Source: Kudoa neothunni (lineage: Eukaryota; Animalia; Cnidaria). From it: 64,000 bases of DNA. The translations under genes were made by a program, and so were the position numbers. Below, piece after piece: positions 24,496 through 37,802 of the stretch; position 1 is the stretch's first letter; the number at the start of each line of letters is the position of its first letter. Under the pieces are notes generated by a model. It ran no database searches. It had not been told where the DNA came from and was given only the letters and a program-made list of their open reading frames with translations. The DNA lies in NCBI GenBank assembly GCA_964304625.1, contig OZ199840.1, positions 2,846,630 through 2,910,629 of the forward strand, read 5' to 3'.

Positions 24496-27400
24496 GATAA
24501 GTTTTATTAATTGATGTAATTAAGGGAAATTAAAAGAAATAATAAAAAGTAGGAAATAGTAAGTTATGATAACTTTGTCTGGTGGAATTATTATTCTAAA
24601 AAATATATATACAAAACCTTAAAAGATGATTGTTACATTGATACTTACCAAAAACTAAAAAATTTTTTAATTTCATGTTATTTTAATCATAATTTGGGAT
24701 TGTAATATTCCGTACCAAATTATAAGAAAATTATTTCTGTAAGTTGATTATATTTGTCACAAAACATTTAATGTAATCTGAAATATTACAAATCTACTAA
24801 TTAAGTTTTATTAGTTTGATTATATTCAAACTAATAATTTAGGTATCATTTTAAAATAGACGTTATATTGAATTATATACTTTAAATAATTATAAAATAA
24901 TTGTATTTGAATCAATTTGTAAATACTTCATGTGTACTTAATGAGTAATATTAACTTTTCATAATTTTAGTTTTAATTAAAATTTATTAAGTATAAAACT
25001 TATTATTTCGATCGTAACTGTTGTATTTATTAATTTGCACTTGAATAAGACACACTTAAATGACACAATACACCTCGTGATTATTGTTTAAATGAACAAA
25101 TAATGTTTTTTTTCAATAAAGGATTACAGTAACATGCAATAGTATGCCGATCACAAAATTTCTATATTTAAAAAAATTATTTAATTCTTTTTTAAATTAA
25201 TTTATACACTAACTTGTTTATTGCACGAAAAATGTTAGAAAAGCCACCAATAGGTATTAAAGTTCTCACAAAACACTTAATTAACATTGCAACCCTCAAA
25301 GCTTCTGTAATGAGCCAATGTGGCCCCCAGACCCAAAAGTTGGGCCCGACTGCATAATTTCTGGTTCACAATATGCACGCGCGGGAAATTTTTTAGGCTA
25401 GCATTTAATTATTATTAAAGGCTATGATTCTATTATAAAAACGAAACAATGATAATTTATTTTAATAGTAGAGCCATATTTTTAGTTCATTCAATATTTG
25501 GGGGTATATATAGTTGAAAATTACTGCTTGAAAAGTTATTTATATTGAGTAAACATCCTGTATAGTCGTTATGAAGAAAAATGTGCTAGAAATAAATATA
25601 GATACATCTAGCATATTTTAATTTAAGTGAAACGTGAGTTAAATAGTGTAGTTCTCAAAAGGAGTATTCGCGGAGATTCACATTTTAAATTCAACGTAAC
25701 CAAATGGTTTAGCGTATAAAATTATTTCGCAAAATAATAAAATCTATGAACTTGTTGATACAATTTAGATCAAACGAGAATTAACGCTCAATGTATAACA
25801 ATTATTAAAATTATGAGACCATGGGAGCAGGAGTGGTAAAAAATTAATTGATGCGATTAGTTGATTGCAATCAACTTTATAATTTCAATAATTGATTTTA
25901 TCAGGCGCAATTAATTGCAATTATGACTTTTTACATAAAAAATTTCCAATAAGATATAATTTGAATCGAAACTTTTCTGTTCTGTTGAGGAAATACATTT
26001 ATATGAGACTTGTTTCTGAAAAATGATACCAGATGTTTCAGTAGAGTTGAAATTGTTGGCAGATATGAAAAAATCAAGTGTTATCTGGCTGAACTTGCTT
26101 TTACCAATAAAAAAGTACGATGAATCATCTTTTAGCGCCAATAAAAAATTTAGATATTTCTAAATTGCATGGTGATTTAAAAAAGTTCTATTCAATAACT
26201 TTGGCTCTACAGAAATCGAGTATTATTATGGCACATGCAAATTATTTTTTCGATTGAGTTATTAATGCGTATCCAATATTGTATGAACCTCTATGTAAGA
26301 ATACAAATATTATACATTCAATGAGTTCTGAAAACGGATATTTTAAAATTCATGAGGATAGAATTGATGAATCAACTTCTGAAGGGGAACATGCTATGTT
26401 CAATCTAAAATTGCTCTAGTAAATTTTAGTAAAAGAAACCGACTCCTATTGAATCCAATTATTTTTCCCTCAATGTTACAAGAAAACGAAAATTGAAATA
26501 AACAATCCAAATTCCTCACTATATAAGCACAAGATTTATTCTCTCATCCTCTAATCTGGTTGGATGATTATTCAGCCCCGCTGGTTATACCTTTGAGGAC
26601 CATCGCCTAAATTGTTCCTCTATAAATCTCGAAACGCAAATATTTCAAAAATCCAATAAAAGATTATGGATCAATAAAATTGTTTAGAAAGTTGTTTCAT
26701 CAAATTTACAATGTATAGTTAATTCATCTCTTTTTTATCGTTCTGTTATTGTATTTAGTTTAAGTTATATCTTATATGTCAAAGTTTATTGTTTATCTTG
26801 GCATTTTTTATCATTGACGAAAAAATTAAAAATAAAACGAACGGCAGAAAAACCATTTGTTTGATTTTATTTCAATTTACATTGGATTATGTGGTTTCAA
26901 TAAATGTCCAAATATGCGTTGCATAACGTGGTTCATATTTTAGATGTTTTCAATAAAGACAATTTTTTGCAAAAAAATATTGAACCTCTCCCCATGAGAT
27001 TTCAAATATAATGATTCTGACATTATACCCACTAATTAACTTTTCTAACTTTAACTTTAGATTAATGTTTTAAAATATGAAAGATTTCTTGCTACTTTTG
27101 TTTGAGACCGAAATAACTAATGGAAAATTTTTATGCCGAAGTATATAAATGAACTTCAGTGATGTTAGATCATCGTCAATAGCTTTCTAATAATTGCAAT
27201 AATTGATTTTGAAAATTTGCAATTAAAATTAATTTTTGACCATCCCTGCATGCGAGGCATGTGACCAATGGTTTGTGTGGGAAACGTCTAGTATGACAAT
27301 AATCAATTTTATTGCAGACAATAGAACTTAATTCACTAAAATAACATGTATACGCATTTAATAATGTTATCAAATCAAGAAAAATACGATTTCGTTACAT

Positions 27401-28019
27401 GAGAGATGGTTAAAGTATGATTTTAATGGACAAATTCTCCATTTAAAATTTTATAAAAATTTCTAGGACAAATATAGCCTATTGTAATTGTGAAACCAAA
27501 TTTTTAATATCTCACATATTCTAGGAGATATTCTCACCCATGCAAATAGCCACTGCCACGATGAAAATCAAATTATGTAAGGTAAGAAATTAACATATTT
27601 TCTCCTATTAAAGTAACTAATAAGATTTTTTAGATGGCATCAAGTTAAATTCATATATAAATACAGTAGGTGACTGATTGTGGGCATTCAAATAAGAGTT
27701 GAGTTCACGGTGTCCAAGAGCCGTTCCGGCGCATACAAACAAGGAATTCATAAAAATTTGTTTTTCATAAAGTCTTAATAATATATCTTATACAAAACAA
27801 ATATTTCGTAGAATAAAAACATTAATCGTAGAAATTCTTATTTTTAAAATAAATAAAATTGGATTATTACATTCTCGAATATATTTTTATGAATAAATAA
27901 TAAGAAAATTAAATAAGAGCGTAACAACTAAAACATCATTATAAAGGTGAATCTAAAATACAAAAACTACTTATAAAATTATCAAATACCCTTTTTTTTA
28001 GTTTTTAAAAGCTATTTAG

Positions 28020-29806
28020 GTTACTACGAAGTGTCAAAATACTCAGAAATCTGATAAGATCGAATTCAAATCTGCTTTGAGTTTAGCCGATTTCCCACGA
28101 ATCGCACACTTTTATGTTAATTTAGCCATAACCTAATCAGTAATAGGTTAATTCAAATTTATTTTAATTGGTTAAAGAAATTTATAGAATGTTTTAACAC
28201 GTTATCAATTGCATATACATAAGTAAATTTTGGATGGTCGCCGACATCCCACGAAAGATATTTGCTTATGGATGTTAATAAAAACGACTTTGTAACATTA
28301 TTGGGGAAGCGATTTATTCTTTCTAATAGTATAACAATTTTTTTGTCTGATGTATCAAATATGGTCATTAAACCTTAATAGATCGAAAATTAGAGACACA
28401 TTTTCTGGGAAAATTTGTTTATTTTTCCTATCGTTTTGATTTCCCTGAAATTACAATTTATGTATGTTGTTGATCGATTTGAAATTTTATTGTAATCGAT
28501 AAAAGGATATAAAAACTGGGAGTGTTACAAAAACCGGACTTACAAGTGACGTCGGCTGGGGATGCATGATAAGATGTGGCCAGATGTTGCTGGTTAAATC
28601 TGTCATCACTGCAAATGGTTATAATAATTGCTTATTAGTATATAAAATTATAACCATATTAAATGTAGGTTTCGATTTGGATTCAATAATGACAGAACAA
28701 GCTCTGATTGAATATTTTCTGGATTACCCACATTCTCCTATTTCTATTCATAATATAGGTTAATGGTTATGATCATATTCGACTATTGCATTTTCGTTAG
28801 TATGTACTGCAGACAATCATAATATAACAAAGGCGGGAAAATGGTTTGGCTCCAATGCCATCTCTCGCACTTTACAGTAACCACCTTCAAATGTCTATAA
28901 TCTACATAGTTTTTCTACAGATTGGTTATAAAAAATTTCAATATCTTCAATTTATCCATATACATTCCTAGTAATTTCACAGTCAGTTATGAAGAAATGT
29001 GTAAGTATTAAATATGATTTTGTTAATAACCAAAATATTTTTACGGATGTATCGATTTTTAAAAATATTAAAAATTCTTGGACTATATCAACTTAACAAT
29101 ATTTTGTTAGATAAAGAAAATAATGGAAAAACTCCTATACTAATACTAATTTCGCTTAGAGTTGGTGTAGATAGTGTTGAAGAAAAATATTACAACTTTA
29201 TTAAAGTAAATTATATTTTTCTGGCTGAACGTAGTTTAATTCGTAAAGGAATGTTTAAATGACACTTTCTCCGTGGGTATTTTAGGAGGTTGTCCTAATC
29301 ATGCTTTTTATATTGTCGGTCATGATGGTATCTGTGGATTATATGTGCAAATAAATATATTTTTAGAACATGATTTGATCACACTAGATCCACACAAACC
29401 CCAACGATGTAGGACTCTTGACCAACACCAAAAGAAAAATTTTCGTTCGTTTAAATGTGAGGATTTTAAAATAGTACCGATTTCGAAACTTGACCCTTCT
29501 ATACTGTCGTATAAATCTCTTTTATAGATTTTTGAGTTATTATGTAAACATCTAGGGATTCCTCATACCTAACAAACATGATTTTGAATTATGGCGCTAC
29601 AATATGATCAAGGTATCTAACTTGTGTTGATTCACTGAATGAAACTTTACCACCTAGTCACGTTTGGCAAATAATAATAGTTTAGGCTTGTTTGATATAA
29701 AAAGTAATGATTTTAGTTTATTTTATGCCATTTAAATTTAGCGAAAAATTTAACAGCCCCAAAGGAAACTACTTGCGATTTTCTTTGTGATTATGTGATT
29801 ATTTAG
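28020..29806 (+). CDS. ATG4: Cysteine protease ATG4 (peptidase C54), multi-exon; 5' end uncertain
   Basis: Spliced motifs FVYFSYRFDF, LTSDVGWGCMIRCGQMLL (catalytic Cys), GKWFG, GILGG.PNHAFYIVG, LDPH (Asp/His), LDPS and a C-terminal LIR-like DYVII*. Confidence 0.93.
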
Positions 29807-31137
29807 ATTTTTGATAGAACTTTTATGCATTTTATTTTTGAATTTAATCGCATGTAATATATTTTTTTGTATAAGTTTACGTTTCTATATATATTTTTCT
29901 AAGCTGGAATTTATTTCGTCATTTTCAAACTTATTGTAAGTTTATCTGAGTTATTTTGTATGGAATAATAGCATTTAATGTATTTTTTATATTTTAAATT
30001 TAAGTAATTTAATAATTAAATTGGCTGAGCAGCTAGAAAGATGACGCAATTGCATAGCTAGGTGCAGGCTTGATTTATCATTTACAACGGTTGTTTTAGT
30101 TCCATTTTGAAAATGTTTAAGGACAAATACACTTTAAATTCACTAGATTTTTTCGATATCAAAATACATACTAAAAACAATTCTACTCACATATAGGTTT
30201 AGATAGAGTCATCTTTCCGTTAAACAGTATTAAACTCTGCAGTCGGTCTCTGATCTCTTACGCAATATTTTATAAATTAAAAGAAAATTATCACAAAGAT
30301 ATATTTATTGAGATAATTAAATGTGAAATAAATGATAAATTTCTCAGATGTACCTGAGTTCAGAAAATGACCTTGTGGTTAATTGAAATTCGAGGATTCG
30401 AATCAATATTTTTTCTGAAGTCACTCGTTTAAGAATAACTTAATGTATTAAGTAGTTTTTATGAGTGGGTTCGTTATTGACTAAAATTATATTGAATCTC
30501 ATAATAAATGTCAAATTAATTCGAAAAAAATAAACATATTAATCTAACTTAAAGTTGATTTTAAATACGACTTTAGTATTAATTCTAGGATAAATATGCA
30601 TAATCGTTCGATGAAGAGCTAAAATAAAATTCTAACATAAAATAGATTTCATGGCAACTCATTACCGATCCATAATATAGTACTTAAGATATACCAGCGA
30701 ATCCGTTATACTCTTCCATGTTACGCAGCAACCTCTGTTTATTACGAAATTTTTTTTATTACTTAAATATAAAATTAATTCCTATGGTAAAATTGATACG
30801 AAATTTGTTATGAATGCAACTTCATTCAAAAATCTATTAATTTATCAAATAATTATAGATACATAATCTATTTATGAATATTGCATAAAATTACGATAGT
30901 TAAAAAAATATTTCTTACATCAACTTAAGTACATTAATTATTTATTCCATTTGATAAAGTTAAAAATCATTAAAATGATATAACATGAAAGCAAAAAAAA
31001 ATAAAACCACTCAAAAACGAAAAATAACTATCTATTTCTATAATTTTACAAATTAGTATAAGCAGAAGTTTTATATAACATCTTTAATAATAAAATGTAC
31101 ACCAAACAGAGAAACATTGGGATCGATAAGAACCTAT

Positions 31138-34100
31138 TTATTTCAATTTAACACTGTGAACAACTTTGGCATTGATGCCTCTGGCCTCGCCGTCATATTT
31201 CGAGGTGAGTGTACGAATAGGACGAACCTAATTCCATAGATTATAGGATTAAAATAGAAAAATTAGATTTACTTGTCCTCTGCGGCGTTTGATGGCTTTT
31301 TTATATTTGATTCTGTGTTTGACTCTTGGATTTTTGTATTCGCGTTTAGATTTTTTAACGAGTCCTCTATTTCTTTCCATTTCCTTGGTAATGGCTCTGT
31401 TGTCATTATCTTGAAACCTGGAAAGAATTAAGAAAACCAAAATTTAAAGATAACTTACGGTTCCGGCAAAGTATCCGGATGAACCATTGACTTATTTTTA
31501 GATTTATTTTTTAGTGAAAAATAATGATTTAAAAGATTTTCTTTCGTGAATGTAGGTCGAATGGCGGAATTTTCTTCATCAACAGTTTCTTTTCTCGTAT
31601 TACTTATCTTTGCATCAGCCGAAGGATATGACGTGTCCATTTTCACATTACGATTGATATTTTTCACACAACTGATCGATCGTTTTTTTTTATTATCATT
31701 GTCGCTGAAACTTTTGATATACTTAAAAATCAAACATAAATATAGTTGAAACTTTAAAAATACCTTGAAAAGGGTGACCAAATGGTTATAAACCTGACTT
31801 TGGTTAGATATCGATTTATTTATATCTTTATTGGCTGTAAGCTCCTGTAAACCAATGTCAATTTGCGACAGAACTCTAATTAAAAATTCAAAAAGAAATC
31901 ATCTACTTAAAATTACTCTTCATAAATGGCTAATTTGTTTGAATCATCACTAGAAAGCTTGGCCAAATTCTTCAATGAGGCATTACCTGAATAGTGGAAA
32001 AAATATTAAAATTAGATCTAAAGATAAACTTTCTCAACTACTAAATTAAACTTAAACTAACTTTCGGTCGATCACCTAATATTAAACTATTATATTCCAA
32101 AATACGAATCACATGTTTCAAATATACAATTTAATTTTTCCAAACAAATTGAAATAAAACAATAAATGTTTTAATTTGGATTCTATTTCACGAATTTAAC
32201 ATTAAAATTCTTCAAAGAACAAATTTAAATAGATAGTATGAATTATATGATCACAAATGAAATAAAATCGAATAAGTTTACTGGTTCATAGAAGAAAACA
32301 ATATCAATGAATAAATACACTAAATTAACGCCTATTAAGACACTTATAGGTAATTATATTGTTGACACAAATAAAATATGAGCTTAATAGTTTACAAATG
32401 AAGAACAAAGGTCAATTGACAGTTGCTATTGCAATGTATGCATAGAACTACACCAATTTTCTAAGCAGTGTATATCGTATTCCCAGTTTACCATTGTATG
32501 CAAAAATTATGAAGTAACAATAAAAACTATATAAAATGTGCATAATCCTTTTAAAAAAAATCTTATAAATAATAAATTATTGATTTTAATATACTATAGA
32601 GTTTAGAATAATTGCATGACGTAAACTTTACAATCCAACTTATGTAAAGTTGTGACATTTGAGTAATACAGTGTATTTTCTGAATCCTTCGTTTAAATCA
32701 ATAGATTACATATTTAGTTGATATTCTACTCCTCATTAATTTAATCTTAACCCAGCACATCTCTTAACTGAAAACTAGTCTCGCATTAATTAAATTATAC
32801 GAAGCGAATTTCGTAATTAAATTTTTAGGCTAAAATCTGAAATTTGCAATAGATAAAATTTGAAAATTTCTCAAGCATTATTTATTTCGATTGCAATGAT
32901 ATTAATATAAATTCTTCTTATACTCTATTATTAAACCATTTCTCATAACGTCTACAAATTTCCTTCTGAATAATTACTTAATTTGAACTAATTTTTACTT
33001 AAATTATTGATAAAATTTGTTCCAAAAACTAATTTATATACAAAGCAATATATTTAACGGCATTAATTCATCACATTTATTTAACTTTGCTATTATTTAC
33101 ATTAAAATTAAAAGATGTATTAATAGAAAACTAAATGAACTAATTTGCTTAATTAATTAAGAAGAATTACTCGCCCGTGTTTCATTGGTAAATTGAATAA
33201 AATATCTCCGATTAAAATTTGCATTAGACTTAACGTTGCGGAAAATTATTAGGTTATTTTACAAATTCCATACACATATATATATTTATATATAAGATCC
33301 ATATCCAATTCCCGCTCTCTAACTTAGAAAACTATCTTAAACCCAGGCATGAATACGCGAGGTTCATTTTTATCCTCCAGAACTCGTATTATTGTCTACA
33401 CGAAATGTTATTTTAAATTGGACGCTATAGCCAATTATTTCTGATTAATCATAAAGTCCTCATGACTGGAATAAATTAACTATATTGAGAACGAATAAAG
33501 TGGATTAATTATTGATAGATCAATGAACACATCAAAATAAAAATGAACTACGATATATTACCCAAAGCATGCAAACGAATTTAAAACTATTCTCAATGCA
33601 CATTTTAAAAGTTTATTTTTAGAAAGTTTACCTAAAAATCACCCCCACTATATCATACTAGATCCACTACGTCCATTATTTCCTATTTTAAAAGATACCT
33701 TTATCAAGAGTGTCTGTTTTTAGTGAAGCCTTCAAGGTGATACATTCTGCAGTCTATAACAAAAAATAGAGATATTATTCAAGAAACTGTTACCAATCTC
33801 TGATGAAGATACAACAATTTTATTATTAGTGGGTCCAATTTAGAAACATCTCCATTATTTAATAATTTCTCTGCGAAAGGCAGCTGTTTTGTATTTTTTT
33901 TCTTCAATAAATGTCACTCATAAAATCGACAATAATTAACAAAAATATACCTTCGTATGGTAGTCAATAGCTTCCACTTTTGTTTCCTAATTAAAATAAC
34001 AACACCCCCCAAAACAAAGCTACTCACATCATTCAACTCCAAATTTTTATCGTATTTGTAAATATAAAGATATTGATCATCATTCAAAGTGCTGAATAGT

Positions 34101-34760
34101 CTTTTTCTAAAGGCGTCGCTTTCCTTTTCTTCAAGCAACGCAACAGCTTGAGCATCCTCGTCGTTTTCTGTAGTTCAGTAAATCAACCCATCCCAACAAA
34201 TCATAATAAATACGCATCATATCAATGTCTTGTAGGTCATGGTTGTAGTAGACCGATGAATCTTTTCCCCAAGCTTTGATACCAATCAATTTGTCGTCCT
34301 GGTCTATTGGCATATCTCCAGTAGAAGCAGGTTCACTTAGGTCGAAGTCGCTTTCAGTTTCATCATCTCGATCAGAATAAAGATCAAATTCATTGTTCTT
34401 TTCGCCAGCCACATCATCGCTGAAATCTTCAGTGAAATTTTTATGGCCTTCATCAACCAATGAAATCTACAATCAAAGGATTCTCCAAGACCCAGTACAA
34501 CCAATCAATAATCTCACATAATCTTTATTGAAATTGAAATCATCTATCTCATCATACACATTATCATTCTAGATGAATGGGAATTATAAAAATATTAAAC
34601 AACACTACAACTGTTAGATACATGGTCGATATTTACCACGGCCCGATTATTCTCATTCTTCATACGCTTGCTCTCAAGCTTCCTGCGACTATAAATAAAT
34701 TTTAAAAATCTATTGATAAACTTAACGTATTTATAGTTGCCTTTTTTCACTTCTACCCAT
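31138..34760 (-). CDS. UTP3: SSU processome subunit SAS10/UTP3, multi-exon with one large (~1.3 kb or more) intron; middle exons unresolved
   Basis: C-terminal Sas10 domain RAITKEMERNRGL..KNPRVKHRIKYKKAIKRRRGQVR..YDGEARGINAKVVHSVKLK*. N-terminal YDEIDDF and AWGKDSSVYY. Confidence 0.92.
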
Positions 34761-34841
34761 TTCCAGCTGACTTAAACTTACGGCTGCGTGCGCGCTCTCA
34801 CACGTTACTCTGTTCGTTCATTTATTCTGTTGTTGGTTTCT
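34761..34841. promoter_or_regulatory. 81-bp bidirectional promoter between UTP3 and BUD32
   Basis: Head-to-head ATGs at 34760(-) and 34842(+), with GC-rich TGCGTGCGCGC at 34785. Confidence 0.65.
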
Positions 34842-35593
34842 ATGACAGATAATTCGTTATTATATCAAGGTGCCGAATCAAAAATACTTATTTCTACATA
34901 TGAATCGATTCCTTGTGTTGTAAAATATCGATTTGAAAAAGCATATCGGATCCAAGAATTGGATATTAAAATTAGACGTGCTGCCTTTAAAAGAGAGGTG
35001 AAAGCTTTGAAAAAATGTTTAGAAAATGGAATTCTAGTACCTAAAGTATATGGAACTGATGATCGAAATTTGTAATTATTCACAAATAATTTGTGAGATT
35101 TTGTCAAAAAATAAACATTTTTAGCAAAATATACATGGAATATTTCGATAATTGTATGAGTTTGAAAGATTATTTTCTAACTGAACCAAATATGCCCGAT
35201 TGTATCAAAGTGCTAGACCGATTGGCCCATGTTTTGTTCAAAATTCATTCTATTGATATCATCCATGGTGACATAACTACCTCGAATATATTCATAAACG
35301 GCGACGAGGATAAAATTATTATTTTGGATTTCGGTCTGTCTCAAACTTCCAGCACAGATGAAGATCGAGCTGTGGATCTCTACGTTTTTCGACGTTCACT
35401 ATCAGCTTCGTTGACTTTGGAACCAACCCTAAAGGAATCATTGTTTTCATCGTTTATGAATACTTACAATAATCATATGAACGCTTTTGATGTCTCTCAG
35501 AAACAACTCAATCCAAAACATCGTCTTAATCAAGTTACAACCAAGTTGATGGAGGTGGAAAGACGTGGACGAAAGCGTGATATGATTGGTTGA
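34842..35593 (+). CDS. TP53RK: KEOPS complex kinase BUD32/TP53RK, one intron (35072-35124)
   Basis: QGAES, VVKYRFEKAYR, IHGDITTSN, LDFGL, EDRAVDLYV and the C-terminal RGRKRDMIG. Confidence 0.96.
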
Positions 35594-35958
35594 TAGATAA
35601 TTGCTTGATGTCTAGTATGCTTCTTTTTTTATTTGTTTTTTTGTTTGTATTTTCCAATAAGAAAATTAATTTTTATTATATTTATAATTCGCGTATTTCC
35701 ACCTCTGCCTAATTATATCGGATTGATAATTAACACTCTAAATATACCATATTAAATAAAGCTCCACCAAGTTCCCTATACCTTTAATAAAATTATGAAT
35801 TTAATTTTTTTTATTCGCTTAAAGCATATTTATTTATAGAGAAATGGATTAGTCATATTTTTCAAGTGTTGCGGTAATTTGTATAACAAATAAACATTAG
35901 AAGAATAATTTATGCTCATATATATTTCGAACTTTTTTTATATTGTAAAATACATTAA

Positions 35959-37146
35959 TATATTACCGACTTTTGCATCCAAACCTGATTAGTTGTAATT
36001 TAAACTAGATCTAAATAAAGCGGCATTCAAGATGCCAAGAAAAATGCATCATCCTGAAGAGAGCTCTTGCTTGTCATCTTGTCGTTAACAATTCCTAAGG
36101 CCAGAATGAAGTTTCCGAGAATCTAGGAATCCCAAGGTTAACATTAAGTGATTTGGCTAAAAAGATTATTAGACGAGAGATGAGAAATGTTATTTTAACC
36201 CGACAACTTAAGTATTGCTTAATAAAATTACTTGAGGACAATTGCACTCTAACAATTCAGAGTGTAGTTAAAAAATTAGGTATCACAGTTTACACCTCCA
36301 TTATGTGATGTGTAGGTGGCTCATAAAACTAAACTACACCTATAAAGTTGTGAGGCCAATACCTGTTAGTGTAAATATCCCTGACGTAAAACAAACGAGG
36401 AAACTTTACGCTAAGTGTTACATCGGAATTCCTATCGATGTAAGTTACAAGGATATAATTATTGTGGACGAGAGTCAATTTTCTCTCGACATTATGAGAG
36501 ACAGTAATCGAGCTTTGTGAGGGAGAACTTCAATCGTCGTAATTTCAAATAATAAAAAATCAAATGTATAGATGATTCTCGCGGTGAAAGCAATTAATGT
36601 TATTAGTGGTGAAGCCGTCATTGGCAACGTTAGTGGGAATATTTTCAAATTTTTTTTATAAAGTCTCCAGGTATCAACGGAGATGACCAAGACTAAATTA
36701 TTGTCATGGATATTGTTCGTTTTCATTCCTCTATCTCTAGATTTATTCAAGATTTTTGATAGTTCTCCCTACGAAATTCATTCGCTACCAAGGTATTCCC
36801 CCTTCCTCAACCCCTGTGAAGAGATATATGCCCAAATAATGGCAAATATCCGAAGAAATTTTCCATTTCAAGCTAGGGAAAATCGTCTGAATAGAATAAG
36901 AAACGCTTCGAACAAGGGGACTAAACATAATCTAAATGGTTATCTTCAGCATTCGGAGACATTCTTTGGTCAATGTTTTTCTCTTATAGATAGCAACCTT
37001 AATTAGATTAATATATATATATATATATATATGGCACTTATACACATAAAATACTCTTATTTATCTGGTGTTATTAAATCAATAGAAAAAATTTCCATTA
37101 ACCGCAAGCTAAGGTATTCCCATTTTATTGCAAAAACCAGTATACT
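35959..37146 (+). mobile_element. Decayed IS630/Tc1-like element
   Basis: IIVDESQF and LPRYSPFLNPCEE motifs. Imperfect TIRs TATTACCGACTTTTGCA and (reverse complement) AGTATACTGGTTTTTGCA. Confidence 0.8.
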
Positions 37147-37802
37147 AATTTTAAGAAATAAGATGTAATGGGATAATTATAAAGTGCTCAAAATTAAACA
37201 AACTTTTCTTGAATGCGCACACGGAGACGAATTTTCGCTTTGTGATATTATTACATACATATCATTTATTAATCCTCCCAAAGGTGTCAAATAATCATTG
37301 TTTACCAGAACCCCTATTTTTGTGGAAAATAACAATGCACCCACGCGAGTACTAATACAACAACCTTTCCCAACTAGAGGTGCGAAATTCAATTCTAACA
37401 GGAAGTATTTCCTGAGAAATCTTGAATCAGCTACGCCTTGTCGTATATATAATTACATAGAAAGGACGCAGATTTCCTGTTCTCGTTCAAAAGAGATGAG
37501 AGCCCAAATCGAGTTGAAAATTGCTGACCTAGAGGGTTAAAAACCTTTAGATAAAAGATTTATCGAAGACTAACAAATACACACAGCGACAAGCTAATAA
37601 ACTATTCCAATGAGTTAGTATAACTTTAACGAATTAGTAAATACGGTTCACAAAATTATTATATTATGATAGATTCAAGCACCTTCTGGTTTATAAAAGT
37701 ACATTTTATGACAAATATATGCAGACAGAAAGAGCACTGAACAGATTAATCAATGAACAGCGAGAATATAACGAAATAAAGAATAAAAAAATATAATAAA
37801 TG

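Noticed and set aside
26900-27760. Exon-like segments with splice-like sites upstream of ATG4
   Set aside because: I could not assemble a stop-free, recognisable product. They may be ATG4 5' exons or UTR.
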